Assembly (NCBI GenBank): GCA_010909165.1
Contig: MU008162.1
Coordinates: 806,001-870,000, forward strand
Source of the DNA: Anthoceros angustus
Taxonomy: Eukaryota; Plantae; Anthocerotophyta
Reading direction: 5' to 3'
DNA length: 64,000 nucleotides
This document shows positions 49,536-63,247 of this stretch, one piece after another; positions within the stretch are counted from its first letter, which is position 1, and every line of letters begins with the position of its first letter. The notes beneath the pieces were generated by a model. The model had not been told where the DNA came from, made no database searches, and saw only the letters and a list, made by a program, of their open reading frames with translations. The position numbers were made by a program, and so were the translations under genes.

Positions 49536-52228
49536 ATGGCCGCGTCGAGTGCAACATTTGCGCCTCAAGTGTCTGCCTCCTTTGCTGCTGCTTCCCTGGT
49601 ATTCCTGTTGGGAGCCTTTGTGGTGAATTTGTTGTAAGAATGTGAATCATGTGAGCTTCGTGGACTGACTTGGGGGAGCGTTTTGTGGGCACAGGCTGAA
49701 AGTGCAAGTGCAAGTTCTTCATTCCATGGCACCAGGATTTGCAGTGTCAAGGGGAGGTCAGCCTCCTGTGTGCAGCAGAATGGAAGGATTGTGGCAGTCA
49801 TGGCGCCCCCGCAGCCTCAGCAGCGATCTCCAGCTTCGTCTGGCGGTGTATGTTGTCGATCCCGATGCTTGCGTTACTACGGAGGCCAGGTGAGACGGGG
49901 TGGCGTCTAATGGGTGATCTGATGATGCAGGTGAAGCACGCCATGACGATGACTGAAAAGATTATGGCACGGGCTTCGGGCAAGGCAAAGATCGTCCCAG
50001 GGGAAAATGTGTGGGTGAATGTGGACGTTCTGATGACGCACGATGTCTGTGGTCCTGGCACCATTGGCATCTTCAAGAAGGAGTTCGGTGCGAATGCTAA
50101 GGTGTGGAAGGAGCTCTGCAGTGGGCACCTTTATAGGGTTTGCGTGTGTTGGCGGTGGTGTAAATGTGAGTTGTTGTTGTGGTTCAGGTGTGGGATCGAG
50201 AGAAGATCATAATCATCCCAGACCATTACATCTTTACAGCTGACGAGCGGGCGAACAGGAATGTGGACATTCTACGAGACTTTGCGCAGGAGCAAGACAT
50301 CAAGTATTTCTACGACATTACTGACCGAAGTGACTTCAAGGTACCGCTGAGCTGTCCTTCTCTGAAGTTTAGGATTGTCTTGACTGCGACAGCTCTTCAG
50401 ATAGTACAAAGTCGCTCTGTCACCACACCTGTGAAAACCTGATATGGTTCTGATGGTCTGGCCCAGTGATAGATTTGCAAAACATTGGGTGCTGAGCTTG
50501 CGAGTTGCCCGGTTCGTTTTTTCAGGTGAATCCCAACTACAAGGGTGTCTGCCATGTGGCGCTTGCTCAGGAAGGCCACTGTCGCCCTGGTGAGGTAAGG
50601 ATCATTATCCCATCCCTCTCTTCCCGTCACAGGTTTCGTGGCTGCTCTGTGACAGCTGGTAATGCTATTCGTACCTGTCCCTGTTGTGACAGGTACTCTT
50701 TGGGACAGACTCGCATACCTGCAATGCTGGGGCATTTGGTCAGTTCGCCACAGGGATAGGCAACACAGATGCTGGCTTCATTATGGGAACTGGCAAGCTT
50801 CTGGTGAAGGTGCGGGACTCAGTTGTCTGTCTGTCTGTAATGGGATACTATTGTTGCACACCTATAACATGTTGATTGAAGCTGGTCCTGCCACCTCTTC
50901 AGGTTCCACCTACTCTGCGCTTTGTACTGGATGGAGAGATGCCTAACTACTTGCTGGCGAAGGATCTCATCCTTCAGGTGTGCATGCTTTCCATCAGTTC
51001 ACATTAAACACGGATGGTGGTCAGTCGTCACATTTCCTCACAGGCAGGGTCTTATCTTTGGATCAGATCATCGGTGAGATCTCTGTTGCTGGAGCAACAT
51101 ACAGGGCAATGGAGTTTGTTGGCACAGCAGTTGACAAGATGACAGTGAGTTCAACGCTCATAGTTGATCCATGATGTTGTGTATTTTGTCAATCCTGATG
51201 ACATGTAGCACACACCTCTCAGCTGAGAGCAACCATACTTATGATCTGATGGTGGGCGTGCTCAGATGGAGGACAGAATGACCCTCTGTAACATGGTGGT
51301 AGAAGCAGGAGGCAAGAATGGTGTGGTGCCTGCGGACGATGTTACTTTCAAATATCTGGAGGTGGGTGTGGTGGTGCTGTTGAATTGGGCTAAGATGCCA
51401 ACCTCAGATTTTTCTGATTAGCTACTACATCTTTCTATCAACCTGACCCACAAATCTGATTCCAGGGAAAGACCACTGTCCCGTATGAACCAGTTTACAG
51501 TGATGGCGCTGCCAGGTATTATTATCTCCCCATCGGGGACGGTGCACAAGATTATTGAATTTCTGCACCAGGCCATTGTGACAAAACGGTGCTCGTGTGC
51601 TTGTCCATGCAGCTTCCTACAGGAGTACAGGTTCGATGTTTCCAAGTTGGAGCCAGTCGTGGCTAAGGTACTTGAAGAATCTCTAACTAGCCCCTTAACT
51701 GCCTAATGGAGAAGGCTTCAGCACGTCTTAACATTTCTTGCTCTCTTCCTGCAGCCTCACTCTCCAGATAACCGTGCTCTCACTCGGGAGTGCAAGGACG
51801 TAAAGATCGACCGCGTGTACATCGGATCTTGCACCGGCGGCAAGACGGAAGACTTCGTAGCTGCCGCCAAGCTGCTCAATGCTGCTGGCACCAAAGTGAA
51901 GGTACCCACGTTCCTGGTCCCTGCCACCCAGAAGGTGTGGATGGATGTGTACTCCCTCCCAGTGGTGGACGGCAAGACATGTGCCCAGATCTTCGAGGAA
52001 GCTGGGTGTGACACCCCTGCCTCCCCGTCATGCGCTGCATGCCTGGGCGGTCCCAGAGACACATACGCCCGTATGAACGAGGCCCAGGTATGCGTCTCCA
52101 CAACCAACCGCAACTTCCCTGGCAGGATGGGACACAAAGAAGCCCAGATCTACCTGGCTTCTCCATACACGGCCGCAGCATCAGCTCTGACAGGGTATGT
52201 CACTGATCCGAGGAATTATCTGCAGTAA
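49536..52228 (+). CDS. IIL1: 3-isopropylmalate dehydratase (isomerase) large subunit, plastid-targeted
   Basis: [72 protein letters not shown]; Ala/Ser-rich transit peptide. Confidence 0.97.
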
Positions 52229-52666
52229 TTAGTCATCCTCGTTTTTGTGCCTGGTAATACATATTATCCACTGTAGCCTCCGGAGTCCTTGTCCTTGTCC
52301 TTGCAACGAAGTGTTGCTTGAGTTGGGTAGTTGTATACATGCATTCTGTAATATTATCTCAGGAGATCAGGTTTCCTTGGGCACGTCCAATGTTCACATT
52401 GGTCGCAATATTATTAGAGTGTCAAAGTCACAGTAAGTTAAGGTCAGATTGTAAATGAGCCGTGAGTTGCAGCAATGGATAATCTGAATTTGGTCATGTC
52501 AATTGTCCACATTGGATGCAATAATGTCAAAGTGTTAAAATTCACAATAAGTTAAAGTCAGATTGTGATTGTGCTGTGAGTTACAGCAATGGGCTATCTG
52601 AATTCGCTGAATGAATGGCATCTACTCTGCTCTGCTCTCTACTCAAATTAGCCTATGCTGATGCTA

Positions 52667-55600
52667 CTACGATCCGCCGGACACAGCCAAGGGACTGCTC
52701 ACAGAATGAACTCCGTCCGACCACGTCAAGCGGCCGAAGACGTAGCCGGGACCGGGGCGGGCGGTGAAGATGAGCTTAAACCCTAATCGCTGGCCGACGG
52801 ACGTAAAATGCAGCTGGGCGGGGACCACCTGCACCGAAACGCCAGGTGGCGGTGAGACGGTGGCCGTGTACACGGAAGCGGCGGGCCCCACGTTGGTCAG
52901 GGTCCGGGACACGGCTCTGGAGCCCGCCAAGTTGGAGATGGCGACGGAAGGGTAGTTGAGGTCGGCGGGCTGCAGCCGGGCCGGGGGACAGGCCGAGACG
53001 GTTCCGGTCACCGCCTTGATCGCCGCGCTGGTGAAGCCGAGCCCGCACAGAAAGGCGACGTAGTCCGCCGGCCCGGCATCGTACACCAGGCCCGGATTGG
53101 CCGCCTTGGTCGGGTTGATGTGCCCCGCGCCGTAGTCGAATGGCGTGGCCAGATTGTTGGTTGCAGCATCGCGAATCCCGGCGCTGTATGCTGCACACCC
53201 ACATGGCACATGGTCGGCACGAGAAAATTGATGGGCAAGACAACATGCAGGATGTGCGGGTGGTAGAATGTTGGGGCTTTATGGGTGTGGAAAGCCGGGC
53301 ATATGGCTGACGGAGCTGGGAGCCGGGAGCTGCAGCCAATGGAGGAGGGGGGACGTTAGGAGACGAGAGTTTTGGAGCGAGGACGTTCAGGGGTGATAGT
53401 AATTGGCTATGTCAGGGTTCAGGGATGAGTTAAAAGGAAGGAGACAACGAAGAGAGGGTTCGGAATGGAGCGTTGGGACATGTCTCGTGGGATAGATCCG
53501 GCAGGGTTCGGAGGAAGAAGGATGAAACAGAGGGCTTCCGAGGACATAGAGAGTGTGGAGGATGGGAATTCAGGGATGATGCAGGATGGATATAGAAACA
53601 TGGCCAGGATGGTGAAGGAAGGCTTCTGAGGACATGGAGAGAGTGGAGGATGGGAATTCAGGGATGATGCAGGATGGATATAGAAACATGGCCAGGATGG
53701 TGGGAGACGATAGGAGGGGAAGGAAATGTGTGCTTACCGGTGGTCATGAGCGCGGATTTGATGGCCGCAGGGCTCCAGGAAGGGTGAAGAGATCTGAGCA
53801 GGGCAGCAACGCCGGCGACGTGGGGACATGACATGGATGTGCCCGACTGGACATTGAAGTTGGACGTCTCGTCCACATCGTAGTCAGCTTGGAAGTTGAC
53901 GAAGGGTGACCAGGCGGCCAGGATTTGAACTCCTGGGGCCGTCAGGTCGGGCTGTAAACACATGCAGAAAGGGAGGCTCCGAGATTAGGGCAGGAGAAGA
54001 AGCAGCTGATGGAACGAACGAAGCAAGTCAACAAAGCAGTTGCGGGTTCCAATAAGGGAGAGGGACGGGGCTTTTGAGGGGAGCGCCTCTCTCTCACCTT
54101 TAGGATGTCAGGCGTGAGGGAATTGGGACCTCTGGACGAGAATCCGGCTATGAGCGGGGCTGGCGCGCCTCCCAACCGCGACGACGGCCGGACCAAGGTT
54201 GCAGATGCGGCACTGGATTGGATGGCGAGACGCGGCTGGATCAGTGACTGAAAACGCAACGACATCTGCTCGTCTGGAAGGAAGTGAGCCAACGGTAGGG
54301 GGGCGGGAGGGTACCTGGAGGTGCGGATGTAGGCGAAGATGGTGTCGCCGGTTTTCTGGTCTACGGCGGTGGCCGGGAAGAGGATGCTGGGCGATGGCAC
54401 GTCGATGAGGTCGAAGGAGAGGACGAAGATAAGCCCGAGAGCTCCTGTGATAGAGCTGGTGGAGGGGAAGCCTTGGTTGGCGTCGAAGCTGCACAGGATG
54501 ATCTTGCCCTTTATTTTGTTCGGGTCCAGGAACTGACAGGTTTGACTGCACACATTTTCACAAGCGCAGAGAGTGAGAGTCAAGGGAGAAAGGTGCCTCA
54601 TCTGTGCAGACTCCGTTACAGCTTCCGGAAGCATGTCAGAGATGCTTCTGAAGCGAGAATGATGGGTAGGGTACCTGAAGCTTTCCGCTCCTGCGGAGAA
54701 GGCATCTGCTCCGAAGATCAACGGGCTCGATTGTAGAGGCCATTCATTAGCTATGGCGGGGCTGGAGAGGAGAGTGCCCTGCTCCCAGTTGAAGAATATC
54801 TCAGAACAGTGTCCGCAACTGGTGGGTGAGGATCAAGCAGCAAACAGGGGAGAGAGGAGTTCAGGACGATGCTTACCTTGACTACGATGCCATTGCCCAG
54901 AGCTATGTCCGCAGCGAAGGTCCGATCGGTGGAGCTGGCAGCAACAGTGGCGATCCAGGGAGGTAGGTTGCTGAGAGATGCAGCTCCCTGCTGCCCAGCA
55001 TTGCCTCCTGCACAGGCCACGAAGATGCCCCTCTGAATGGCGTGGAATGAGCCGATGGCGATCACGTCTTGGTCATACGGGGGCTGAGGGTTTGTCTGAA
55101 AACAGCCGATCCAGAGACAAGGGGCATCACACGGTGCAACGCAGGTGGGTAGGGAGGAAACGAGAGGAGACAAGACGAGGTGCTAGCAATGACCACTCAC
55201 CTTGACGATGGAGAGCGAGATGACGTCCACTCCATCCGCGACTGCAGCGTCCAGTGCAGCAAGCACGTCGGCATCGTTGCAGTCCACGGCGATGGACGAA
55301 CTCCAGCAAACCTTGTACATGGCCAGGTGGGCGTGAGGGGCGCCGCCTCTGGCGATGCCCTTGGCGATGCCATTGAAATTGGCCTTCCGCACAGATTGGC
55401 CGGCAGCGATGGAGGAAACGTGAGAGCCGTGGCCCTGGTCGTCCCTGGCCGATCTGAAGCCCACCACCTTGCCCAATCCAGCTTCGAATCCTTTGAGAAA
55501 GTACCGGCCTCCGATCAGCTTCCTGATCATCACAGTGAAGTAGCCGTGTCAAGCACGATTTGCTCCCTCGCTTCCTTATACTCAATACCGCTTGAGCAAA

Positions 55601-56683
55601 GCGTGTGGGACAGCGAGTGAATCGATGATTATGATGAAGTGCGTGCGGCATTAGGTTCTACCTGTTGCAAGTTGATGCGTTGAAGGAGTCGCCGACCTCG
55701 CAGGCGCCTTTCCAGCGCGCGGGAACGGCCGGCATGCCCTGGTCCCGGAAGCTGGCCGCCTCCGGCCACACTCCTGTACCGCGCAACGGAACGGAACGGA
55801 ACGCAACCCAAATGAGCGCCGTGAGCGCACGCATTGCAAGCGATGTGGGGTATTTGGCTTCAGGTAACGGGGCAGGGGCTCACCTGTGTCAATGACGCCG
55901 ATGATGACCCTCTTCCCGTAGCGGGATTTGGCCCAGATGCCCGACCTGTCTCTGGCATTGAGCCCCAGGAAGCTCATGGAATGCGTGGTGGCGGGCTTGC
56001 GATTTGCAGCGGGGAACACAGACACCACCTCCTCCATTTCTGCTCACTCAAACAAGCAAGCGCCCGACAAACCCACAAATGAGAGTGAGCCCAAAGGCGC
56101 CGTCCTGGCCGCACCGGCATCGGCATTGTGGGCGCATCGGCATTCCTGGGAAAGGGATTTGGTGAGAAAGGAAACGTACGGGACAATGCCGCCGCCTGAT
56201 CGCTGCTGAGCAGCGCCGCGAATCCGTTGAACGCATTGCTGTAGCTGTAGACGAGCTTCCTCTCCGCCTGGAGCAAGCTGCATAACACGCAAACGCGACG
56301 ACGCAGATATGAGGAAAATGCAGAAGCTGCCGGTGGGTTGCACGGACTTCCAAACAAAACGCAAGGAGCGAAGCGAAATGACGCAAGCCCTGGCCGACCT
56401 GTGTCCCAAGACGGAGCTGAGCGCGGCCAGGTGCTGGCTGGCGAGAAGCGCTCCGGGCACGCTCACGGGCCTGTTGCCCAAATACACCACATATAACTGC
56501 ACGCCGTGATCACGCTCCACTCTCAGACCCAGCTTCGAAGGCCTTAATTGCAGAGAGGGAAGAAACAAAGAGGAGTACCTTCGAGTCGGGGTCGGTGGTG
56601 GGTTGCGCAGAAACTGGGAGAGTCTGAATGTGCAGCAGCGGAAGCAGCAGCAGTAGCAGCAGGACGCTGCAGGGTCTCCCCAT
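52667..56683 (-). CDS. Subtilisin-like serine protease (S8): signal peptide, I9 prodomain, PA domain, Fn3-like C-terminus
   Basis: Catalytic triad contexts [20 protein letters not shown] and [12 protein letters not shown]; YVVYLG and [14 protein letters not shown] prodomain; [11 protein letters not shown]. Confidence 0.96.
53533..53702. repeat. 88-bp tandem duplication in the last subtilase intron
   Basis: GAGGACAT..GATGGGAATTCAGGGATGATGCAGGATGGATATAGAAACATGGCCAGGATGGTG begins at 53540 and again at 53628. Confidence 0.9.
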
Positions 56684-59325
56684 GGCGCCCGCTTCTCCGA
56701 CGAGATTACCCCTCTGCAGCGCGGGAAAGCGAAGCGGCGTGGTCCAGCGGAGTGGAGCCGGAAATTGGTCAGCTACATTGGCGCCGGCATCCCCCGATGG
56801 AATTGTTGCCTGCCGACCACTTGAACAGGGGCAGAAACAGCGGCCTGTTTCACGATCCGGGTCCTGGCTGCCGCTCCCGCATTGGTCTTCGAGCTCCTCC
56901 TCCTGGCTGCAACTCCAGAATTGAGGGCGGGCTGGCGGTGACAGACTGCGAGAGCAGAGCACAGGTTGGGCTGCACGGCAGCAGCAGCAGCAGCAGCAGC
57001 AACGAGGAGGAGGAATAGAGATGAGAGAAGGCAAAGGAGGGAAAGGAAAGGAAAGGAAAGGAAAGGCAAGGAGAGGAGCAGGCGAGAGAGCTGCGAGCAC
57101 ATCAAGGGAAAATCGTTTTATATACTCGCAGCTGCTTCCTGCTCTTCCGGGCTGCTCGTACGTTGGGCAACTTGGGCTTTCACTTGGCTTCCTGCTCCTG
57201 CATTGTGGTTGGAACTTGGGTTATTGTTATCAAATTTAACACAACGCAACGCAAGCAGGCACTATGCACCGGACTGCGTGGAATGTGTGGGCCCAGGCGC
57301 GGCACGCACGGCACTGCAACCGGCAACCGGCGGCTGGCGGTGCGGCCGGTGGCCTGCCATCTGGCCACATGCATCATCCTTTCCAGCGGGGAGCAGGCAG
57401 GACGCGGATTTGGGGAAGGGCGCGCACGGCCCTGCCCGCTGCCCGAGCTGCCCGGGCTGCCCGGGCTGCCCAGCAGACAAAGCACAGTGCGAACAGGATT
57501 CCCAACAAAACGGACACTTCCGCCTTCCCAGTCCCAGTCCCAGCCCCCACCCCCTCCTCCCCTCTCTTGTGTGGCTCGCAAGTCACAAAAGTTGCGAGCC
57601 ACAGCATCCCTGTCCCCTACCGCTCCGGGGCAGGGAAGTCTCTTACCTTCCTTCCTTGCGCATAAAGGCAGCATGGGGCCCGCACGAATCATGGGGCTGG
57701 CCTCTGAGCTGGCTGCAGGCAAGGGAGGGGAGGCACAGCGTCACACACACACAGGAGATCACAGGATTCCGGACATGCAAGTCGGAAATCGGAGGCAGAT
57801 AAAGGGAGGATAATTCGCGCAGCTGAAACCCTACCAAACCCTACCAATTCTTGCAGCGCAGTGGCCAGTTCCCGGCTGCGGCTGCTGCAGCTGTTGCAAG
57901 ATCTCCGATGACCCTGCAGCATCCCGTCAGCAGGGACCCAACAACTGTCTTCTGGTGGGCACGGGAAAAACGGCAGGACAGATTCGGAAGGCCCCAAGAG
58001 GATGAGATGGGGATGGCATGGGCCCCATGCTGGGAGCTCCATGGCAAGGGGCCAGGCCAAGCCGAGCCTAGCCCAGGCCCCAGGCCCCAGCCCAGCCTCC
58101 TGTGACATGTCAGAGGGCCCATTTCAGGCCGCACAAACAACATAACAGCTGCCGCCGTTCCGGAATCCGGACACACGCACTGGCACTTTCATGGCACTGC
58201 CATTGGACTGCCATGGCAGCGGCCTCTGTGCCGGGCTGCCCAGAATGCCTGGTGCATGCTGCATCTGCCATCACACCCTCTCTCCTCATCAGGCATCTGG
58301 CCATGAGTAATGATCTCATCATCTCAGCTCAGCGCGCTTCCCCCTGCAAGCAGGCTCATGACCTCATCAGCAGCAGCAGCAGCAGCGGCAGCTCGGGGGG
58401 CGTGACCTGGAGAAGGCGGTGGCGGTGGCAGTGGCAGTGGCACGCACCCAGCAAGCTCTTTGTGTGCGTACCTGGCCAGGCTGCGTCCACTTCTGCACCT
58501 GCGGCGTCACATTGCACGTCTACGGGTACCAGCCTACCAGGCCCGTTTCTCAGCACAGAGAGCGACACTTGGGAGATTGCGGCATGCCCACCGCAAGAGA
58601 TTCGCGCGGGGTGGAACAAGGAACAGGACCCACATCCCAACGGAAACCTGTCAAACGCTTGGACCGCACTTTACATTTACACCCACTTGTGTCAAATTAG
58701 AACGGGCCGTTCCGAACGGCCCGTTCAGAACGGCTTCGGATAACGCACCTGACACTTTGTTATTACAAGCTCGGCCTCTGAAGTTCTGCCTTTCCCTTCG
58801 CTCACTCGCTCATCGGATGACTGGTCCATTCCCGACATGTGCATTGACGCAGCTGATGATCACAGCACACTTTCTCCACACAAAGTTACAAACAATTAAC
58901 AACACAACAACATGTTCAACATGTTTGCACCTCCGCTTCCTTCTTCTCCAGCTTCTGCTTCATCATCACCGTCATCATCTATGGCAATCAGCATTTTACT
59001 CAACAACAGTTTTCAGTTTACACACCATCCGGTCGGTTGGTTCAGGTTGGCAGGCCAATCTGTGAGACAGACAAGCACCCAACTGGGTAGGTAGGTGAAT
59101 CACTCACTCGAGTGCTCTCAATTCCGACAGCTCTAAGAACAGAATGGCAGGAGAAGGAGAAACCCACAACATACTGTAGATTTATGTCACCTTTCAGCAG
59201 GCACTTCATAGCACGGGTGACGGGAGGGAAGGTAAAGTGCAGTGGGTGCCCCTTCCTTTCCGGAATTTAAACACCACCAACCAAAAAATTTACGCAGCTA
59301 CATAAGGATGTTTGCATACACCTCT

Positions 59326-62300
59326 TTAGACTGTACGTTTCCTCTTGGACCTTTTGCTCTTCTTTGAAGATGCGGTCGGATAAGATCCTGCGGCGGCGGT
59401 GCCGTTACTTGCATACGCTCCTTCCAACGAGTCCTGCACAAGGAGGACGTCAGGCGGAAGGGACTGGTGCACGTTTCTAGGACCAGGCGCCATGGTCGCG
59501 TCACCCACCTTGGCAGCAGACACATCTGGAGAGCTGTCATCTTCTTCTCCCTCCTCCTCCTCCTCCTCTTCAGAACTGGTTTTGCTATCCGGGGCTTCTG
59601 CGGTCGCTTGCTTCTCCCTTGCCAGTCTTTCCCTCTCTTCAGCGGCAGCCCTTGATGCGGCAGCGGTATTGGACGCCTGTTCCGCAGCCACCCTAGCTGC
59701 TTCTGCCTTTCTTTTGAGCTCTTCCTCTTTCAGCCTTTTGAATCTGTCACCACCACGACACTTCCATCAACACCATCCTGCAGCCCTGCGGTAAGAGGCA
59801 GTCCTGCAAGCTGAAATTGCAGTCCTGCAAGCTGAGATTGCTACATACTTCTCTCCACGTTTCTCTCTCTCCTCCTTCACGTCTGGTGTTGCAGTTGCGG
59901 CGGCAGGTAGTGCTGAGGCAGAGGATGACGACCGCTTCGCCTGACCAGCACTGATGATTCCTGCACCGTCTTTCCCGACAACTGGCTTTGCACCACCCAG
60001 ATTTCGCAACCAAACTTGTTGAGCTGTGCTTAGCAAGTTGTTGGTAAACCTTCAAAACGAGTTACACACTGTTAACCCATGAATCAATTCTGGCACACCA
60101 GCTACATTTCAGAAAGCGCACATACGCAAGGACACGGAAATTTAAAAATCTGAAAAAATAGCAATCTGATAAAAGTCCAATTCTAAAGTCCCTACCAGTA
60201 CAGACTCAGTCCGGATGGAACTGAAAGTGAGAAGTATCCGATCATCAGAGGAAGAAACTTGAGAATCAGCTGAGAGTTCTTCTGGCTCTCATCCGTCTGC
60301 AGCACACATATGCCACATTAAGATTCGTCACAAAAACTCAAAAAGTCCAAACCTACCAACTGAGAGAATACAAAAGCACAAACATTTCACCGGAGCATAC
60401 CGTTGGTGGTTGCATCATCTGCATGGAAGCGAACTGGGAGGCCACAAGCAACACAGGCAATACCAAATACGCAATTGTTTCTGGCCAACCAAGAGGAGGG
60501 TGACCATCCTGCAAACCAACATAATACACAGGCTCCTCAGAAAAGAACTCCCGAATTCACGCATAATTCATTCAAAATCCCACAAACAAGGTACAAATCG
60601 GCAACCACAAGATGCCATACCACAAAAGGGAAAAGCCACGAGACTCCAGAACCCGACTCTCTTGTGAGGAGAGTGGTTGGACCCGCAAGGGAGGGAATCC
60701 AGAAAAATCCCTCTGTCAAAAGGCCCTGTCAAGCCCAAAACACCAAACTGGATCAGACTATACATCCTTTGTCGGCAAATCAAGGAGTCCCCAGAAGGTA
60801 CATGTGCTCAACGAGAATACCTCATTTGCTACGTTTGAAAGAGCTCTATACAGACCAATCCAAACAGGTAAAGTCGCTAAAGTTGGTAGACAACCTGTCC
60901 GAGCACTCATACAGTCAGTTTTCCTGGATGAATTACACCAGATTTACAGACAGAAGAAACGTTCAAAAAAAAATAAAGGCAGAATGTCAACACTGGTGCC
61001 ATGCAACCTGCAAGAGGATTGACACCAGCTTGTTTGTATAGTCGAGCAGTCTCAAGTTGTATTCTCTCCTGTGAGTTATTCACATGGCATAACCATCAGA
61101 ACTTGGACTACAGGCTGAAAGGGGTAGATAACACGCAATCCAGACTGCTGCATCCAACCATATACAGCTCGATCTATATATATAGATACCTCACACCATC
61201 AGAGAAAGAATTTTTCACCAAAGAAGCAGCCTGAAAAGGAGGCGTACCTGGTCTCCAGCATATCTCTGTTGGATGGCCTTCAACTTTGGTTGCAAGTTTT
61301 GCATCGCTAAAGTCGATTCAACCTGCAAAGGGACAGATCAGCTCAGCATCAACTCTTTCAGCCAGGAACAACAGCAGGGCAGCAACAATGGTCTCAGTGC
61401 CCAAGCTCGCAAGATGAACGTCCTAAAAAGGGCCCAGACTTGGATCTGAATCCACACATGCCCATACAAACTGGAGAATAAGCCTAAGTACCTGTTGCTT
61501 GGTCAAGGGATATGTGGCTGCCTTCACAAGAATAGTAAGCAAGATGATGGCGAATCCATACGAGTACGGCACATTGAGAGAAGCAAGTCCATCTTTGAGA
61601 AACTGCAGCAGCAAAAATCGGAACATTACATCTTAGCACTACCACAAGGGGGAAACGTTGTTCACACGAAACTCACTACTGTCAGGTTATCTACAGTTCT
61701 GCACTTGTATCCCACGGTGTCAACACTACTATGGCATTAAATTCTTTCAAAGGAACTTGTTCCTTACAGAAATGCACAGCAGACCCCTGCCAGCTTCACT
61801 CCTAACAAACAAGCTGCGTGCTGTCACGGTGCTTCCGCACATAAATAAATCTGTTACATGTTTGCTCGAGTTACAGGTCAGATGTTTCGTTTTGTCATGA
61901 CATTTCTCCTTTCAAGTCAGTTGTTCCTTGCAACACTCTCACTGCTTCAGCACTCTTATCCAGTCGAAAACCTCATTACTTGCCAGGTTAACATTGGTCA
62001 TTTCACCCATCCCGGCAAACCATCAGACACGCAGTCTCACCTTCAAAATATACTCCAACGCATTGGTAAGGCCCCCGAGCCACCCCCCATCGTCCTTCTG
62101 AACAGCACCATCCACCGCCACAGTCGCGTCCGCTAACGTATACAATACACCCTCGACCCTAGACAACACATGTTGCACAGAGCCGCCCTGCGTGAGGAGA
62201 CCTACAGCTGCATCTACCTGCTCCGGATCCGGGAGCTGCCCCAGGTGAGCCCTAACCATTGTCCCCCGCCTCACTCGCCTGGAATTCCCCAGCGGATTCC

Positions 62301-62472
62301 ACCGCTGCTGCCACAGCAACGGGGAGCTCCTCAGCCCCATCCCGGCCTCCACCCGGGGCAAAAAAAGGCTCGCCCTGGCCCCCCTCCCTGCCGCCGCAGC
62401 AGCAGCCGGGGCCGCAGAGGCGCAACAGGAGCTCAAGGAGGCCATCGTGCTGCTGCTGCTGGTGCTCATCAT
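59326..62472 (-). CDS. ALB3: Thylakoid membrane insertase ALBINO3 (YidC/Oxa1 family)
   Basis: YSYGFAIILLTILVKAATYPLTKQQVESTLAMQNLQPK, GVNPLAGCLP, EGFFWIPSLAGPT, LKFLPLMIGYFSLSVPSGL, and the C-terminal SKRSKRKRTV characteristic of ALB3. Confidence 0.96.
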
Positions 62473-63247
62473 CTCCGCTGCTGCTGCCGCTGCCGCTGCT
62501 CGGCTGCCAGGCAACCTCGCAACGCCCCTTGCTGTATCTCCCCTATCTACTCCCTCACATCACACAAAACATCCTACCCGCATTCACCCAATCTCCTACA
62601 AAATCCTGCACACCCCGACAATGCAGTGGACCACGCCGGCCCCTGGATTCGTAATTCCCACGCCCCGGGCGCGATGCTGCTCCCGCTCCCCCTCCACCCG
62701 GGCCCTGAATTCCTTCACGCTCCAATGCGGATTCCAGCGCGTAGGGATGTATTCCGTCCAAATCCCAGCCTTGTTCGGCTCCACAGGGTTTGGAAGCTGG
62801 GCGGGAGCATACGTGACCAGATATTCCAGTCCCACGTGGACCCCCTTACCCATCGCCCGGACGGCGGACACCACCTCCAATCTGCTCCTGTCAAATTCCG
62901 CCGTTTTATTAGCATTCCCTCACATTATTATATCCGGCACTTCAAACAATTTCCAGTCTTTGCCACCTTTGTTCGAGCCCCGCAAGCTGCCTCGACAAAT
63001 CTAACTTATCTAGGGATACTCTCCGTCCAATATGTATCTACATATGTTTCAGGATAGGTACTCTCTTTGCTGTATTTGAGAGAGTACCCCTATATAAGTT
63101 GTATGTAGATACAAATTAAACATATTTTGCATCTCGTGAAAGTCGAGCTTGCTCACTCACAACCAACGAACTTCGCCCAAACACGCAAAATCCTAGCCCA
63201 CCTCTAAAGCAACGAAGTGATCAAAAAAGAGTACTGAACGACTCAGC

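Noticed and set aside
58700-58726. Perfect 12-bp-stem hairpin GAACGGGCCGTT-CCG-AACGGCCCGTTC
   Set aside because: Isolated, with no Helitron CTRR end or other supporting context.
56966-58743. Several 130-280-aa overlapping ORFs between the subtilase and ALB3
   Set aside because: GC-rich and microsatellite-laden, open in many frames on both strands, with no recognisable domain or known miRNA sequence.
62170-63057. 295-aa plus-strand ORF
   Set aside because: Antisense shadow of GC-rich ALB3 exon 1 and its upstream region.
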